A stretch of DNA of 64,000 bases from Gemmatimonadales bacterium (GTDB lineage Bacteria > Gemmatimonadota > Gemmatimonadetes > Gemmatimonadales > GWC2-71-9): assembly GCA_046757925.1 (NCBI GenBank), contig JBHHZE010000005.1, positions 4,239-68,238 of the forward strand, given 5' to 3'. The notes under the pieces are model-generated. The model saw only the letters and a list, made by a program, of their open reading frames with translations, was not told where the DNA came from and did not search any database. Position numbers and translations under genes: made by a program. How positions within the stretch are numbered: the first letter of the stretch is position 1; every line of letters starts with the position of its first letter. Shown one piece after another: positions 62,119 through 64,000 of the stretch.

Positions 62119-63276
62119 ATGACGACACACGAATACTCACGACGCGCCTTCGCTCGGCTCATGGCCTTCGCCGCCGTGAGCCCATTCGCATTTCGCGGCA
62201 CATCCGCCGTGAGGCCACGGTCGGACGAACCCGGGATACGGCGGTGGTCGGGGTATGACGATGCGATGGTCATCGACTGTCTGGCGTCTCCGGGACCGTT
62301 CAACGTGCCGGATCGCATCGGCCGACCCTTGACCGAGGCGATGCTCGCCAACGCCTCCTCCTCCGGCATTACCGCCGTGAACCTCACCGTGAGCGGCGGT
62401 GGGCCGGTAGGAACAGAGTTCGAAGCGACCATCGAGCAGATCGCCTACTGGGAGGCGGAACTGACGAGACACCCGGACCGGTTGATGAAGGTCCAGACAA
62501 TTGACGAACTGCACCGTGCCAAGTCGAGCGGCAAACTGGGCCTGATCTACGGCTTCCAGGATACCACCGCACTCGGCCCGGATCTCAAGCGTCTCGAGAT
62601 TTTCCATCGGCTCGGCATCAAAATCATTCAACTGACATATAACCGGGTCAATCGTGTGGGCGACGGTTGCCTGGTACCCCGCAACGCGGGCCTCACGCCG
62701 TTTGGCAAGGAGCTGGTGGCGGCAATGAACGAGACGGGCATCCTGGTTGACACTTCCCACTGCGGGCAGCAAACCACTGCGGATGCGATAGCTGCTTCCA
62801 CGCAGCCGACCGCTATCACCCACAGCGGGTGTAGCGCCGTCTACCAACATCCCCGCAGTAAGGCAGACCGAGAACTCCGTGCCTTGGCCGATGGCGGCGG
62901 GGTCGTTGGGATTTACATGATGCCCTTTCTGAACTCCAAGGGCCCCCCCCAAGCCGAAGACTTCATGCGCCACCTGGAACACGCCGTCAACGTCTGTGGC
63001 GAGGATCACGTCGGTGTCGGAAGCGACAATTCCATCACCCCAACTGTAGCCGACGAGGCCTACCTCGAGCAGTTGTTCGCCTTCGCCGACGAACGTGCGC
63101 GTTTAGGCATTGGAGCTCCGCGAGAACACGAAGTGCTGTTCGTCGAGGGTCTCAACCATCCGCGACGCATGGAAACCATCGCGGACATGCTGCTGGAACG
63201 CGGTCACACCGAAAGCCGGGTCGAGAAGATCCTCGGTGGCAACTGGGAGCGGCTGTTTGGGGACGTGTGGCACTAG
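62119..63276 (+). CDS. Tat-signal M19-family dipeptidase homolog with a non-canonical metal site
   Basis: Twin-arginine motif SRRAFARLMAFAAV. M19 core motifs LVDTSHCG and AITHSGCS are present. The canonical IDGHNDL is replaced by VIDCLAS, EGG by GFQD, and LTHN by LTYN. Confidence 0.8.
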   Translation: MTTHEYSRRAFARLMAFAAVSPFAFRGTSAVRPRSDEPGIRRWSGYDDAMVIDCLASPGPFNVPDRIGRPLTEAMLANASSSGITAVNLTVSGGGPVGTEFEATIEQIAYWEAELTRHPDRLMKVQTIDELHRAKSSGKLGLIYGFQDTTALGPDLKRLEIFHRLGIKIIQLTYNRVNRVGDGCLVPRNAGLTPFGKELVAAMNETGILVDTSHCGQQTTADAIAASTQPTAITHSGCSAVYQHPRSKADRELRALADGGGVVGIYMMPFLNSKGPPQAEDFMRHLEHAVNVCGEDHVGVGSDNSITPTVADEAYLEQLFAFADERARLGIGAPREHEVLFVEGLNHPRRMETIADMLLERGHTESRVEKILGGNWERLFGDVWH

Positions 63277-63353
63277 CGTGTCGTGTCAGGAGTCTGTTTG
63301 TCTAAAGGGCGCGCTTACTGCGGCCGAGCGGGAGGACAATGTGAAACAGCTTC

Positions 63354-63773
63354 CTACGACCCCACCGGTATCGCCGGATCTTTGGAGAATCCCAGGGCCT
63401 GGAGGGCCTCGCCGGCGACCGCATGCATGCGCCGTCGGTCCAACAGAGGTCCCCTGGTTCTCTCCATGCCCAGGAAGATGTTCGCACCAGCGCCGAGCTG
63501 AGGTACGAGGGCAAGTTCTTGGTAAATGACCGTGATGCCGCGGGCGAGTGCGTCGCGTGGTGACCGCAGCTTGATCACGGCCCCGTCCAGAGATACCGAT
63601 CCGCTATCGGGTTGTGTCGCGCCGGCGATGACTCGCAATAGCGTGGACTTGCCGGCTCCGTTCTCGCCGATCAGGCAGTGTACCGAGCCGGGCTCGACCG
63701 AGAGATCGATCGAATCGAGTGCGACGACCCCGGGATATCGTTTGGTGACGCCCTTGAGTTCGAGCAGAGGCAT
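63354..63773 (-). pseudogene. Truncated sugar ABC transporter ATP-binding gene (first approx. 139 codons only)
   Basis: MPLLELKGVTKRYPGVVALDSIDLSVEPGSVHCLIGENGAGKSTLLRV carries Walker A, and VIYQELALVP is the Q-loop. The ORF ends at PVGS*, before the LSGGQ signature and Walker B and before the second ATPase domain typical of RbsA/MglA. Confidence 0.65.
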
Positions 63774-63792
63774 GACGTGTGAGGAGCCCCTG

Positions 63793-64000
63793 CTAGTGCC
63801 GCCCTCCCTTTGGAGGTATCGCGATCATGACGTGCGCCCCCGGTGTACCCGCGTGCATGAGCCACGGCCTGTCGCGTGCCGGCGTGGTCGATACACCCGA
63901 GGTCTCCTCGGTCGCGTAGGGAACGTAGATGACTTGGAGACCCCGCGCCGTCGGTGCTTCACCGGTAGTCGGGTCGAAGCTTCCGTCGGGGCCCGTCAGC
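63793..64000 (-). CDS. 3' end of an unidentified protein gene (5' part beyond the right edge)
   Basis: My translation of the open minus frame is LTGPDGSFDPTTGEAPTARGLQVIYVPYATEETSGVSTTPARDRPWLMHAGTPGAHVMIAIPPKGGRH*, with the stop at 63793-63795. It is not in the ORF track because there is no start in the window. Confidence 0.35.
   Translation of the reverse strand, partial: LTGPDGSFDPTTGEAPTARGLQVIYVPYATEETSGVSTTPARDRPWLMHAGTPGAHVMIAIPPKGGRH

Noticed and set aside
1-64000. Mobile elements bounding the 40-50 kb block (integrase, transposase, tRNA attachment site, direct repeats)
   Set aside because: None were found by reading all the listed ORFs and the intergenic regions. Any horizontal origin rests only on the composition shift.

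Overview
This is a GC-rich 64-kb chromosomal segment with about 55 protein genes. I found no rRNA, tRNA, CRISPR array, transposase or integrase. The gene content fits a soil Gemmatimonadota- or Acidobacteriota-like bacterium: many secreted amidohydrolases and peptidases (M19, M20, S9, D-aminoacylase), TolB-like and six-bladed beta-propellers, a CRTAC1/ASPIC protein and three zinc-ribbon or Hanks Ser/Thr kinases. That taxon assignment is inference only. Recognisable landmarks are rpsU, a cspA-type gene with a long leader, kup and a vapBC toxin-antitoxin pair. Several genes look decayed: one has an in-frame amber codon, a TonB-like gene appears split by about two frameshifts, an NDH-2 fragment abuts a kinase relic, and a sugar ABC ATPase is truncated. 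These could be real pseudogenes or assembly errors. The main result is a roughly 9.3-kb block at 40.4-49.7 kb that reads as an unclassified RiPP-like pathway. A translationally coupled minus-strand operon encodes a PqqD-like recognition element and a 45-aa peptide whose leader looks lasso-type but whose Gly/Ala/Trp/Val core has no acidic residue. It continues with an HPr-kinase-like P-loop protein, three ferritin-like helical proteins (two with complete di-iron motifs), a His-rich polytopic membrane protein and a Ser/His peptidase fused to a nucleotidyltransferase. A divergent operon encodes a formyltransferase, a small membrane protein and an HTTM (SdpB / vitamin-K-carboxylase-like) protein. 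No lasso cyclase or other known RiPP core enzyme is present in the window. All family calls come from reading motifs by eye and need HMM confirmation.
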